Of a stretch of DNA of 64,000 nucleotides, positions 11,167-22,320 are shown piece after piece. The notes below the pieces were generated by a model. It ran no database searches and was not told the DNA's origin. It saw nothing but the letters and a program-made list of their open reading frames with translations. A program made the position numbers and the translations under genes. Positions within the stretch are counted from its first letter, which is position 1. Each line of letters opens with the position of its first letter. Source of the DNA: an uncultured Gemmatimonadaceae bacterium. GTDB taxonomy: Bacteria > Gemmatimonadota > Gemmatimonadetes > Gemmatimonadales > Gemmatimonadaceae. The stretch is taken from contig CAWJMB010000002.1 in NCBI GenBank assembly GCA_963843845.1, positions 3,232,001-3,296,000 on the forward strand, read 5' to 3'.

Positions 11167-14100
11167 GGGTGGCCGGGGCGATGCCGGGCGCGCGCACGCT
11201 GCACGGCGCGTTCGCGGCGCAGGCGGCACGCACGCCGCACGCGGTGGCGCTCACCGTCGAGGGGGAGTCGGTCACCTACGCGGCGCTCGACCGGCAGGCG
11301 AGTCAGCTCGCCCAGGCGCTCGTCGCGCGCGGCGTGCGGCACGGCGACCTCGTGGGGCTGTGCATGGAGCGCGGCCCGTCGCTCATCGCCGGGCTGCTCG
11401 CGATCCTCACGAGCGGCGCCGCCTACGTGCCGCTCGACCCGCACTATCCGGCGGACCGGCTCGCGTACGTGCTGCGCGACGCGCGCGTGTCGCTCGTGCT
11501 CGCCGAGCGTGCGACGGCGGCGGTCGTGCCGAGCGGGGCACACACGACGCTGGACGTCGACGACACGAGCTGGTGGCGCGACGTGCCGGACGACGTGCCG
11601 AACGACGCGCCGGGCGTCGCGAGCGTCGCGAGCGTCGCGAGCGTCGCGAGCGTCGCGAGCGCGCCCGACGATCTCGCGTACGTGATCTACACGTCGGGGT
11701 CGACGGGGAAGCCGAAGGGCGTCATGGTCACGCACGACAACGTCGCGCGACTGTTCACCGCGACCGAGCCGTGGTTCGCCTTCTCGGACCGCGACGTCTG
11801 GACGCTGTTCCACTCGTGCGCGTTCGACTTCTCGGTGTGGGAGATCTGGGGCGCGCTGCTCCACGGCGGGCGTCTCGTCGTCGTGCCGTACGCGACGAGC
11901 CGGTCGCCCGACGCGTTCCGCGCCCTGCTCGCGCGCGAGCGGGTGACGGTACTGAACCAGACGCCGTCCGCGTTCTTTCCGCTCGCCGACGCCGTGCTCG
12001 CCCACGCGCCGTCGCGCGCCGCCGAGCCGCTCGCGCTGCGGATCGTGATCTTCGGCGGCGAGGCGCTCGAGCCGCGGCTGCTGCGCCCCTGGTTCGCGCG
12101 CTTCGGCGACGCGCGCCCGCGGCTCGTGAACATGTACGGCATCACCGAGACGACCGTCCACGTCACGTACCGGCCGATCGTGATGGCGGACGTCGCGGGC
12201 GGGAGCGTCATCGGCGAGCCGATCCCCGATCTCGCGCTCCACGTCCTCGACGATCAGCTGCAGCCCGTGCCGGCGGGCGCGACCGGCGAGATCTTCGTCG
12301 GCGGTGCCGGCGTCGCGCGCGGCTACCTGAACCGTCCGACGCTCACGGCGGAGCGCTTCCTCCGCAACCCGTTCGGCGCGGGGCGGCTCTACCGCTCCGG
12401 CGACCTCGCGCGGCGCCTCGCGAACGGTGACCTCGAGTACCTCGGTCGCGCGGACGCGCAGGTGAAGCTGCGCGGCTTCCGCATCGAGCTCGGCGAGATC
12501 GAGGCGTGCCTCGCGGACCGGCCGGGCGTCGCGCGTGCGGTCGTCGCGGTTCGCGGCGGCGCGAGCGACCCGGACGGCGGCGCCGAGCCGCGGCTCGTCG
12601 CCTACGTCGTCGCGCGCGCGGGCGCTGCGGTGGACGCCGGCGCGTTGCGTGCGTCCGCGCGCCGCGCGCTCCCGGCGCACATGGTTCCCGACGTCGTCGT
12701 CGCGGTCGACGCGATCCCGCTCACCGAGAACGGCAAGGCCGATCGCCGCGCCCTCCCCCCGCCCCCCGTCGTTCGCGCGCGCGACGTCCAGGCTCCGTTC
12801 GTCGAGCCGGCGACCGACGACGAGCGCCTCGTCGCCGGCGTGTGGCGCGACGCGTTAGGCATCGACGCCGTCGGTGCGCTCGACTCGTTCTTCGACCTCG
12901 GCGGCACGTCGCGCCTGGCGCTGCTCGTCGTCGCGCGACTCGCCGAGCGCGGCGTGGAGGTGCCGGTGACGCGCGTGTTCGAGCGGGTGACGCTGCGGGC
13001 GTTCGCGTCGGGGATCGGAGACCGGGGCTCGGGGATCGGCACCGCGTCCGGCACCGGATGCCCGATCCCCGAGCCCCGATCCCCGGCAGTCGATCGCTCC
13101 GTCGCCATCGTCGGCATGGCCGTCCGCCTCCCCGGCGCCGACGACGTCGATCAGTTCTGGGCGAACCTGCGCGACTCGGTCGAGTCGATCAGCCACTTCA
13201 CGCCCGAGGAGCTTCACGCCGCCGGCCTCACCGACGCCGCGCGCGACCCAGACTACGTCCCGGCGCGCGGCGTGCTGCGCGACGTCGACCGCTTCGACGC
13301 GCCCTTCTTCGGGATGTCGGCGCGCGAGGCACAGCTCACCGACCCGCAGCAGCGACTGCTGCTCGAGCTGTCGTGGAGTGCGCTCGAGCACAGCGGACAC
13401 GTTCCGGAGCGCTTCGGCGGCGCGATCGGCGTGTTCGCCGGCGTGCACGTGAACGACTACGCCCGCGTGCTGCAGGGGCGCCCCGATCTCGTCGCACAGT
13501 TCGGCGCGTTCAACGCGATGCTGCTGAACGAGAAGGACTACGTCGCGACGCGCATCGCGCACCGACTCGACCTCACCGGCCCCGCGCTCAGCATCCACAC
13601 CGCGTGCTCGACGTCGCTCGTGAACGTGGTGCAGGCCGTGCAGAGTCTGCGCGCCGGCGCCTGCGACCTCGCGCTCGCCGGCGGCGCGGCGCTCGCCCTG
13701 CCGACGACGAGCGGACACCTGTATCAGGAGGGCTCGATGCTCTCCGCGGACGGCCGCACGCGCACCTTCGACGCGTCGGCCGCCGGGACGGTCTTCAGCG
13801 ACGGCGCCGGCGTCGTCGCGCTCAAGCGCCTCGCAGACGCGGAGCGCGACGGCGACACGATCCACGCCGTGATCCGCGGCGTCGGCGTCAGCAACGACGG
13901 CGCGCGCAAGGCGAGCTTCACGGCGCCGAGCGTCGACGGTCAGGCGGCGGCGATCGCGGCGGCACACCGAGACGCCGGCGTCGCGCCGCGCGACGTGTCG
14001 TATGTCGAGGCGCACGGCACCGCCACACCGTTGGGCGACCCGATCGAGGTCGAGGCGCTGACCCGCGTCTTCCGCGCCGACACGGCCGACGTCGGCTTCT

Positions 14101-17100
14101 GCGGACTCGGCTCGGTGAAGAGCAACGTCGGGCATACGGTCGTCGCGGCCGGCGCGGCGGGGCTCATCAAGACGGCCCTCGCACTCGCGCACGAGACGAT
14201 CCCGGCGACGCTGCACTACACGACGCCGAACCCGCTGCTGAACCTCGCGGCGAGCCCGTTCGCCGTCGTCGCGGCGCCGACGCCGTGGCCGCGCGCCGCG
14301 ACGCCGCGGCTCGCCGGCGTCAGCTCGTTCGGCATCGGCGGCACCAACGCGCACGTCGTCGTCGGCGAGGCGCCGGTCGCGGAGCCGGCGACCGCGTCTC
14401 CCGCACGCGCCGAGCGGCTGCTCCTCCTGTCGGCGCGCACGCCGGCGGCGCTCGCCGCGATGCGCGCGTCGCTCGCCGCGACGCTGGCACGCACCGACGC
14501 GCCGGCGCTCGTCGACGTGGCGCGCACCCTCGCCGTCGGCCGGCGCCGGTTCGCGCACCGCTGCGCGGTCGTCGCGCGCTCGGCGGCCGGGGCAGCGAAC
14601 GCGTTGGCCACACCGACGAGCCGCGCCGCAGCCACGGGACAGACCGCCGAGCCGCCGCGCGTCGCGTTTCTGTTCCCCGGTCAGGGCGCGCAGTACGCGC
14701 GCATGGGCCGCGCGCTCTACGACGCCGAGCCGGTGTTCCGCGACGCGTTCGACGAGTGCGCCGCGATCGCACGCGGCGCGACCGGCATCGCGCTGCGCGC
14801 GGCGGTGGACGAGGGCGACGAACGCGCGCTGCGTCAGACGTCGCTCGCGCAGCCGGCGATCTTCGCGACCGAGTACGCGCTCGCGACGCTCGTGACGTCG
14901 TGGGGGATCGCGCCGGCGGCGATGATCGGCCACAGCGTCGGCGAGTTCGTCGCCGCGACGCTCGCCGGCGTGCTCTCGCTGCCCGACGCGATGCGTCTCG
15001 TCGCGCTCCGTGGACGGGCGATGCAGGCGCTCCCCGCCGGCGCGATGCTCTCGGTTCGCCTTCCCGCGGCCGAGGTCCGCGCGCGCCTCGCGGCGTTCGG
15101 CGTCACCACCGTCGACGTCGCGTCCGAGAACGCGCCGTCGCTCTGCGTCGTCTCCGGCCCGGGCGACTCGATCGAGCGCGTGCAGCGCGCGTTCGAGTCC
15201 GACGGCGTCGCGTGCCGCCCGCTGCACACCTCGCACGCCTTCCACTCGGCGATGATGGACCCTGCGGTCGGGGCGTTCGCGGCGCTGCTGCGCGACGTGC
15301 CGCTCGCCGCGCCGCGCACGCCGATCGTGTCGACCGTCACCGGCGAGTGGCTCACGGCGGCCGAGGCGTGCGACGCGCGCTACTGGGCCGGGCACCTCCG
15401 CGCGACCGTGCGCTTCGACGCCGGTGTGCGGACGCTCTGGCAGATGCCGAACGTCGCCCTGCTCGAGCTCGGCCCGCGCGGCACCCTCGCCACGCTCGCG
15501 CGCCAGCAGCGCCCCGCGCACGCCGACTCGCTCTGCCTCGCCGCACTCGGCGACGTCGGCGATCCGGCGGCCGAGCGAGCCGCGCTGCTCGGAGCGGTCG
15601 GCCACCTCTGGACGCGCGGCGTCGAGCCCGACTGGAGCGCGCTCGCCGGCGTCGACCGCGGCCGCCGCGTTCCGTTGCCCACCTACCCGTTCGACCGTCA
15701 ACGCCATTGGGCGGCCCCGCTCGACGCCGCGCACGCCGAGTCGAGTCCCGTCCGCAGCCGCCGTCCCAGCCGCCGTCCCCGCGCCGACGCTCACGCTCGT
15801 CCGATCCACTGCCGCCGCAATGCCTCAACCGACGGTCTCCCCTCCCGATCGTCTCGTCGCCGATCTGTGCGCCGTGCTCGAGCGCGTCTCCGGCGAGCCC
15901 CTTCCCGCCGACGCGTCGCACGCGCGCTTCGTCGAGCTGGGCTTCGACTCGCTCGTGCTCACGCAGGTCGCGCTCGCCCTCTCGACGCAGTACGGCCGCA
16001 GGATCACCTTCCGCCAGCTGCTCGAGGAGCTCGACTCGGTGAGCGCGCTCGCCGCGCATCTCGCCGACGCGGCGACGCCCGCCCCCCTCGCGCCTCACGC
16101 GCCGACCCCGCCGGTCCTCGCACCGGGCGTGATCCCGGGGCTGGTGCCGAACGTCGCGGTGCCGTCGGTCGGCACGAGTGCCGTCGAGCGCCTCGTGCAG
16201 CAGCAGTTGCAGATCATGGCGCAGCAGCTGGCGGTGCTGGGAAGCGCCGGGGACCGGGGTCCGGACACCGATCGCCACCCGATCCCCGATCCCCGGTCCC
16301 CGGCGGTCCCGGCCGCCGCGCCCGCCGTGTCCGCCGCGCCCGCCGCGCCCGCCGCGCCCGCCGACGACCCGCTTCCCTCCGTCGGCCCCCAGCGCGCGCT
16401 CTACGACGCCACGAAGGCCTTCGGCGCCGCGCCGCGCATCACCGTCACGCGCGGCGGCGAGCTGACACCGGTGCAGCGCACGCGGCTCGACGCGTTCGTG
16501 CGGCGCTACACGGCGCGCACGGCCGGCTCGCGGCGCTACACGGCCGAGCACCGCGGCGAGATGGCCGACCCGCGCGTGACGACCGGGTTCCGCCCCGCGG
16601 TGAAGGAGCTCGTCTACCCGATCGTCGTCGAGCGGTCGCAGGGGCCGCGGCTGTGGGACGTCGACGGCAACGAGTACGTCGACGTGCTGTCGGGGTTCGG
16701 GTCGAACATGTTCGGCTGGTCGCCGCCGTTCGTCGTCGACGCGATCAAGGCGCAACTCGACCGCGGCTACGAAGTCGGACCGCAGTCGCCGCTCGCCGGC
16801 GACGTCGCGCGGCTCGTCTGCGAGGTCACGGGGCACGAGCGGGCCGCGTTCTGCAGCACCGGGTCGGAGGCGGTGCTGGGCGCCATCCGCATCGCGCGCA
16901 CCGTCACCGGGCGCCGCACGATCGTGCTGTTCGCCGGCTCGTACCACGGCATCAACGACGAGTCGATCGTGCGCGCTGCCCGCACGCGTGGCGCGATCCC
17001 GGCCGCCCCCGGCATCCTCGACGACGCGACGTCGAACGTGCTCGTGCTCGAGTACGGCAGCGACGCGTCGCTGCAGGTCATCGCGGACCGCGCCGGCGAC

Positions 17101-17947
17101 ATCGCGGCCGTCCTCGTCGAGCCGGTGCAGAGCCGCCGTCCCGATCTGCAGCCCGCGGAGTTCCTGCGCGCGCTGCGAGAGCTGACGACACGCACGGGCA
17201 TCGTCTGCATCTGGGACGAGATCGTCACCGGCTTCCGCGTGGCGCTCGGCGGAGCGCAGGAGCACTTCGGGATCAGGGCCGACCTCGCGACCTACGGCAA
17301 GGTCGTCGGCGGCGGCCTGCCGATCGGCGTCATCGCCGGGCGACGCGACCTGCTGGACGCGCTCGACGGCGGTGCGTGGCAGTACGGCGACGCGTCGGTG
17401 CCGGAGGTCGGCGTCACCTACTTCGCGGGGACGTTCGTGCGGCACCCGCTCGCGCTCGCCGCGGCGCGCGCCGTCCTCGACGCACCTGCAGCGCGAAGGG
17501 CCGTCGTTGCAGCGAACGCTCACCGCACGCACGACGGCGATGGCGGCGACGCTGAACGCGCAGTTCCAGTCGGCCGGCGCGCCGCTCGAGATCCGATCGT
17601 TCGCGTCGCTCTGGAAGACGTTCGTCACCGGCGACCATCCGTTCTCGGACCTGCTGTTCTACGGCCTGCGCGATCGGGGGGTGCACATCTACGACGGCTT
17701 TCCCTGCTTCCTCACGACGGCGCACGGCGAGGCCGACGTCGCGCACGTGGTCGAGGCGTTCGACGAGGCGGTGCACGAGCTGCAAGAGGGCGGCTTCCTC
17801 GCCGGCCGCCGCATCGCGAGCGCCCCACTCGCGCCCGACCGTCCCCCCGTTCCCGGCGCCCGACTCGGCCGCGACCGCGACGGGTCGCCGGCGTGGTTCA
17901 CGACCGATCCGCAGTCCGGGCGCCACGTGAAGGTCGGCGCCGCGTGA
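11163..17947 (+). CDS. Hybrid NRPS/type I PKS: A-T-KS-AT-ACP-class III aminotransferase (frameshifts near 15711-15750 and 17481)
   Basis: [90 protein letters not shown]; domains continue across three reading frames; start GTG 11163 or ATG 11181. Confidence 0.88.
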
Positions 17948-17990
17948 CGCGGGCGCCTGCCGCGAGCGCCTGAGGCGCCTGCCCGACGCC

Positions 17991-18809
17991 ATGCACATCA
18001 GAATCCACGACGAGACTCCGCGCTTCTTCGGCTCGGCGCGCCGGCCGCTCTACGGCGTTCACCACGCGCCGGCCGCCGCCGGGCGACGCGCAGGCGTCGT
18101 ACTCTGCCCGGCCGCGCCGCAGGAGTCGCGGCAGACACACTGGGCCGTCCGCCAGCTCGCGATCCAGCTCGCCGACGCCGGCGTGCACGCCCTCCGCTTC
18201 GACTACTCGGGCACGGGCGACTCCGCGGGCGACGACGACGCGATCGACTTCGACGCGTGGGTGACCGACGCGCGCGACGCGGCGGCCGAGCTGCGCGACG
18301 TGGCCGGCGTGCGACGCGTCGCGTTCGTCGGGCTGCGGCTGGGCGCCGCGGTCGCGTGGCGCGCCGCGGCCGCGGAGGCGTCGCCCGGAGACCTCGTGCT
18401 CTGGGAGCCGGTCATCGACGGCGCCGCGTACCTCGCGGAGCTCGAGGCCGCGCACCAGTGGACGCTGCGCGAGGCCGTCTACCCCGAGCGCATCGCCCGC
18501 CTCCCCGGCGAGTGCCTCGGCTTCGTCGTCCCGCCGGCGATGCGCGACGCGGTCGCCGCGATCGACCTGTTGCGCGAGCCGTTCGGCGCCGCGCCGCGCA
18601 CGCTGCTCGTCGACGCGGCGCAGCGCGCGTCGTGCGCGCAGCTCGCGCGCCGACTGACGGCGGACGGGCGCGCGGTGCGCCACGCGACCGTCGCCGACGC
18701 GACGTTCGCGCGGGTCGAGCAGTGGGGCGTCAACACGTTCTTCTACCACGCGAGCACGGCGGCGATCGCAGGGTTCGTCGCCGGCCGCGTGGCGTCGCAG
18801 GCGGCGTGA
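17991..18809 (+). CDS. Alpha/beta hydrolase-fold protein with GLRLG elbow (like exosortase-associated hydrolase 2)
   Basis: LRFDYSGTGDSAG, FVGLRLGA, LVLWEPV. Confidence 0.8.
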   Translation: MHIRIHDETPRFFGSARRPLYGVHHAPAAAGRRAGVVLCPAAPQESRQTHWAVRQLAIQLADAGVHALRFDYSGTGDSAGDDDAIDFDAWVTDARDAAAELRDVAGVRRVAFVGLRLGAAVAWRAAAAEASPGDLVLWEPVIDGAAYLAELEAAHQWTLREAVYPERIARLPGECLGFVVPPAMRDAVAAIDLLREPFGAAPRTLLVDAAQRASCAQLARRLTADGRAVRHATVADATFARVEQWGVNTFFYHASTAAIAGFVAGRVASQAA

Positions 18810-18820
18810 AGGAGGGCGGC

Positions 18821-19663
18821 GTGCACGACGGCGGCGTGCACGAGTCCGCGGTGCGGTTCGGGCCGCGCGACGCGCTCGTCGGCGTGCTGACCGCGCCAGC
18901 GCGGACGCCGGACGGCGCGCGGCGCGCCCTCCTCCTCTCGAACGTCGGCACGAACCACCACGTCGGCCCGTTCCGGGTCTGGGTCGCCCTCGCCCGCGCG
19001 CTCGCGGCCGACGGCTGGTACGTGTTCCGCTACGACAGCGCGGGACTCGGCGACAGTCCGGCGCGGGCGAGCGCCGGGGGGGAGGGCGACGCGAACGGCG
19101 CCGACGAGCTGCGCGAGGCGATGCGCTGGCTCACCGCGCACGTCGGCGCGGCCGAGTTCGCGGTCGTCGCGCTCTGCTCGGGCGTGGACGCCGCGCATGC
19201 GGTCGCGGCGACCGACCCGCGCGTCGTCGCCGCCGCGTTCATCGACGGCTACACCTATCGCACCGCGGGGTGGCGCGTGCGGCGGTTCGTGCTGCGCTAT
19301 CTCGACGCCGGGCGCTGGCGCCGCTACGCCGCTCGCCGCGCGCACCGTCTCCGCAGCGGCACCCGCTCGCGGGCCGAGATGTCGGAAGACTCGAGCCCCG
19401 TCTTCGACCGCGCCTATCCGCCGCTCGCCCGGTTCCGCGCCGACGTCGCCGCGATGGCCGCCCGAGGGGCGCGCGCGCACTTCATCTACACCGGCACCGT
19501 CGACCACGCCTACAACGCCGCGGGGCAGCTCTACGAGGCGCTGGGCGCCGGCGTCGACCGCCGAGCCGTCACCGTCGAGCTGCACCGCGGCGCCGACCAC
19601 GTGTTCTCGTCCGTGCAGGACCGCGCCGCGCTCATCGCCTCGCTGCGACGCTTCCTCGCCTGA
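18821..19663 (+). CDS. Alpha/beta hydrolase-fold protein with LCSG elbow (like exosortase-associated hydrolase 1)
   Basis: HHVGP, RYDSAGLGDS, ALCSG, C-terminal GADHVFS; AAGGAGG RBS. Confidence 0.8.
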   Translation: MHDGGVHESAVRFGPRDALVGVLTAPARTPDGARRALLLSNVGTNHHVGPFRVWVALARALAADGWYVFRYDSAGLGDSPARASAGGEGDANGADELREAMRWLTAHVGAAEFAVVALCSGVDAAHAVAATDPRVVAAAFIDGYTYRTAGWRVRRFVLRYLDAGRWRRYAARRAHRLRSGTRSRAEMSEDSSPVFDRAYPPLARFRADVAAMAARGARAHFIYTGTVDHAYNAAGQLYEALGAGVDRRAVTVELHRGADHVFSSVQDRAALIASLRRFLA

Positions 19664-19676
19664 CTGTCGTCCCGCG

Positions 19677-19734
19677 CGCGGTGAGGGACCTCGCTGCCGG
19701 GCCGAGCGCCCGGCCGGCGAGGTCCCTCACCGCG
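19677..19734. terminator. Long GC stem-loop between convergent genes
   Basis: cgcggtgagggacctcgc ... gcgaggtccctcaccgcg, 18-bp inverted repeat; no U-tract. Confidence 0.5.
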
Positions 19735-19761
19735 TCGGGGACGGCGGACGTGGAGGCGAGG

Positions 19762-22320
19762 CTACCGCAGCACGATCGTCGAAACGCTCATCGCGGGCAT
19801 CGTGTAGCGCACCGCATTCCCGCTCACGACGACCGCCCCGGCACTGACCGGTGCCGCGCTCGCCGACGTCAGTGTGTACGCCGTGCCGGTCGTCACCACG
19901 CGAGGCGCGCCGACCTGGATGCTCGCCGTCCGCGCCGCGGTCGTCTTGTTGATCGCGATCACGACGACGTTCCCCGCGGCGTCGAGGCTCGCGTAGACCG
20001 AGCTGTTCGCGTTGTCGGTCGTCGTCGCCGCGAGGCCGGTGTCGCCGAAGCGGCCGCCGACGCCGTCGTAGTTCAGGAACATGCGGAACGCGGCGAACGC
20101 GTAGCGATAGGCGGTCGCGCCATTCCCCCCGTAGCCAGGCGCCCAGACGTCGGTGAGCGGCCACAGCGTCGCCGCGTAGACCCCCTCGCGGCCGAAGATG
20201 CCCAACGCGTCGGCCTGCGCCACGCCGCCGCTCACGTCGCCGGTGCGGCCGAAGCTGTACTCGGTGATCGCGATCTTCGTCCCCGGATAGCGCGCGGCGA
20301 TCTTCTCGCGCAGCCGCGGAATGAGCCGCACCGGCCCGCCGGCGTTCGACGAGACCCACGTCCCCTCGGTGTACGTCGGGTCCCACAGCGAGCGCGGCGC
20401 CTGCACGCGCTGCGTCACCATCGCCGCGTCCTGCGCCGCCCAGTCGTTGATGACGCGCCCCGCGTTCGTGCCGCTCTCCGGGTACCAGTGCACGTCGAGC
20501 ACGTCGACCAACCGCCGGCCGTTCGCCGTCTCCGCCGCCTTCATGCGGTCGAGGTAGACGTCGAGGAAGAACTGCGAGCCGTACGCCGGGTCGGGCGACG
20601 GGTAGCGACCGAGCGTCGCCATGCCGGCCCACGTCGCGACCGCGGGACCGAGGACGACCGCGTTCGGGAAGACGGCCTTGACCGCCTTCGCGTACGCGAC
20701 GGTCCTGTCGGAGAACCCGGTATACGTCTGCAGGTCGCTCTGCACTTCGGCGTGCGTGCCGTGCCAGAGGTCGGGCTCGTTGTCGAGGCTCACGAGCACC
20801 GGGTTGAGCGCGCTCGCGGCGGCGCCCGGGTAGGTGCGGACGAACCAGTTCACGAACTCGTCCTGCGCCACGCCGCCGTCGGTCGTCGACGGCGTCAGCG
20901 AGAGCGCGCTCCCCTTCGCGGCGCGGTTCGGAACGAAGTGCGCCGCCAGGCGCGACGCGCGCGTCGCCCGCAGCGTGTCGAGCGGAACGCCCCGCGCGTC
21001 GGCGGCGACGTAGTCGAGCATCGGGACGGTCAACAGCAGCCCCGCGCCGCGCGCGAACGTCGGCGTCGCGCGCTGGCTGACCGCGGCGCCCGGCGACTGA
21101 CTGCTGCTCAGATAGGTGTCGTTCTGATAGTGCCAGTCGTTGCCGGCATTGCTGTGGTTGGTCTCCCAGTTGTACGCGGACAGCCGATTGCCGCCGATCC
21201 GATTGAGCGTCAGTTCGGCCGGCGTCGACGCGTTCCCCCAGATCGACGCGTCGGTGATGAAGTTCGCGCCGTAGACGTAGCGGGAGATCGCGTGGGTGCG
21301 CGTCGGATCGATCGTGAACGTGTAGTCGACCGGAAGGGTCGCCGGCGCCGCGGCGACCGTGATCGGCAGCGTGCCTCGCCGCGCGCCGGACGTCGCGGTG
21401 ATGAGCGCGGTGCCGGCGGCGATGGCGCGCACGCTCTGCGCCGTCGTGGTCGCCCCCGCGGCCGCCGTCGTGCTCGCCGTCGCCGGCGCGGCGATCGTCG
21501 GTGCGCTCGACGCCCACGCGATCGGCGCCGCGGTCACGATGCGGCCCCCCGCGTCGCGCACGGTCGCGGTCACCGTCCCCGAGCCACCGGCGACGAGCCC
21601 CAGCGAGCTCCCCGCCGGCGTCGGCGCGAGCTCGACCCACCCCTCGGGGAACGGCACCGTCGCGTTCAGGTACACGCCGAACGTGAACGACTTCACCGTC
21701 GCCGGCACCGAGAAGCGGAGCGTCATCGCCGGCGCTCGCTGGATCGGGTCGAGCGCCGGCGCGAGCGTCACCGCCGGCAGCGCGCGCCCGTCGGGAGAGG
21801 ACGCCGCGTCGGTGGCGAGCGTGCCGGTGGCCGGCCCGATGAGCGACACCGCGCCGGTGCCGTTCGCGACCGCCGGTGCCGTCACGAACACGAGCCGCAC
21901 CCCGACATTCCCGGGAGCGCTCGACAGTCGCTGGCTGAGCATGTTCATCACGGCGACGTCGAACGACACCGTGGCGCCGGACACGACGACGTTCGACCCG
22001 GCGATCGAGTAGTTGATCGGCAGGCCGCCGAGCAGCGTGGAGCCGTCGCGCCCGACGACGATCGCCGACGGACCGCTCGGCGCGCCGGCGGCCACTGGCG
22101 AGTCGGCGCACGTCACTCGCTTCAGCGAGAGGTCGACCGTGCAGAGCGCGCGCGGCGGCAGCGTCACCACCGCGCCCGCCGCGTCGGACGGTCCGTCCCC
22201 CGGTTCGAGCGCGCGCGTCGCGCCGTCGCGACCGGCGCAGGCGGCGAACAGCGTGGCGGTGGAGAGCGCGCCGAACAGCGCGGCCGTGAGACGTCGTGGC
22301 GTCAGGAAGGAGCCGGGCAT
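19762..22320 (-). CDS. Glycoside hydrolase family 44 lipoprotein with N-terminal Ig-like region
   Basis: Lipobox LFAAC; RIGGNRLSAYNWETN, LDNEPDLW, DVHWYP, AITEY motifs. Confidence 0.85.
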   Translation of the reverse strand: MPGSFLTPRRLTAALFGALSTATLFAACAGRDGATRALEPGDGPSDAAGAVVTLPPRALCTVDLSLKRVTCADSPVAAGAPSGPSAIVVGRDGSTLLGGLPINYSIAGSNVVVSGATVSFDVAVMNMLSQRLSSAPGNVGVRLVFVTAPAVANGTGAVSLIGPATGTLATDAASSPDGRALPAVTLAPALDPIQRAPAMTLRFSVPATVKSFTFGVYLNATVPFPEGWVELAPTPAGSSLGLVAGGSGTVTATVRDAGGRIVTAAPIAWASSAPTIAAPATASTTAAAGATTTAQSVRAIAAGTALITATSGARRGTLPITVAAAPATLPVDYTFTIDPTRTHAISRYVYGANFITDASIWGNASTPAELTLNRIGGNRLSAYNWETNHSNAGNDWHYQNDTYLSSSQSPGAAVSQRATPTFARGAGLLLTVPMLDYVAADARGVPLDTLRATRASRLAAHFVPNRAAKGSALSLTPSTTDGGVAQDEFVNWFVRTYPGAAASALNPVLVSLDNEPDLWHGTHAEVQSDLQTYTGFSDRTVAYAKAVKAVFPNAVVLGPAVATWAGMATLGRYPSPDPAYGSQFFLDVYLDRMKAAETANGRRLVDVLDVHWYPESGTNAGRVINDWAAQDAAMVTQRVQAPRSLWDPTYTEGTWVSSNAGGPVRLIPRLREKIAARYPGTKIAITEYSFGRTGDVSGGVAQADALGIFGREGVYAATLWPLTDVWAPGYGGNGATAYRYAFAAFRMFLNYDGVGGRFGDTGLAATTTDNANSSVYASLDAAGNVVVIAINKTTAARTASIQVGAPRVVTTGTAYTLTSASAAPVSAGAVVVSGNAVRYTMPAMSVSTIVLR

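Noticed and set aside
11614..11658. 9-bp repeat x5 (ASV) in the A domain, and similar short coding repeats in fliS and the 25942 ORF
   Set aside because: In-frame low-complexity slippage in linkers; no evidence of function
8877..17555. 2892-aa ORF as one protein
   Set aside because: Only about 11163-15750 carries recognisable domains; the flanks are Arg-rich off-frame read-through of neighbouring coding sequence
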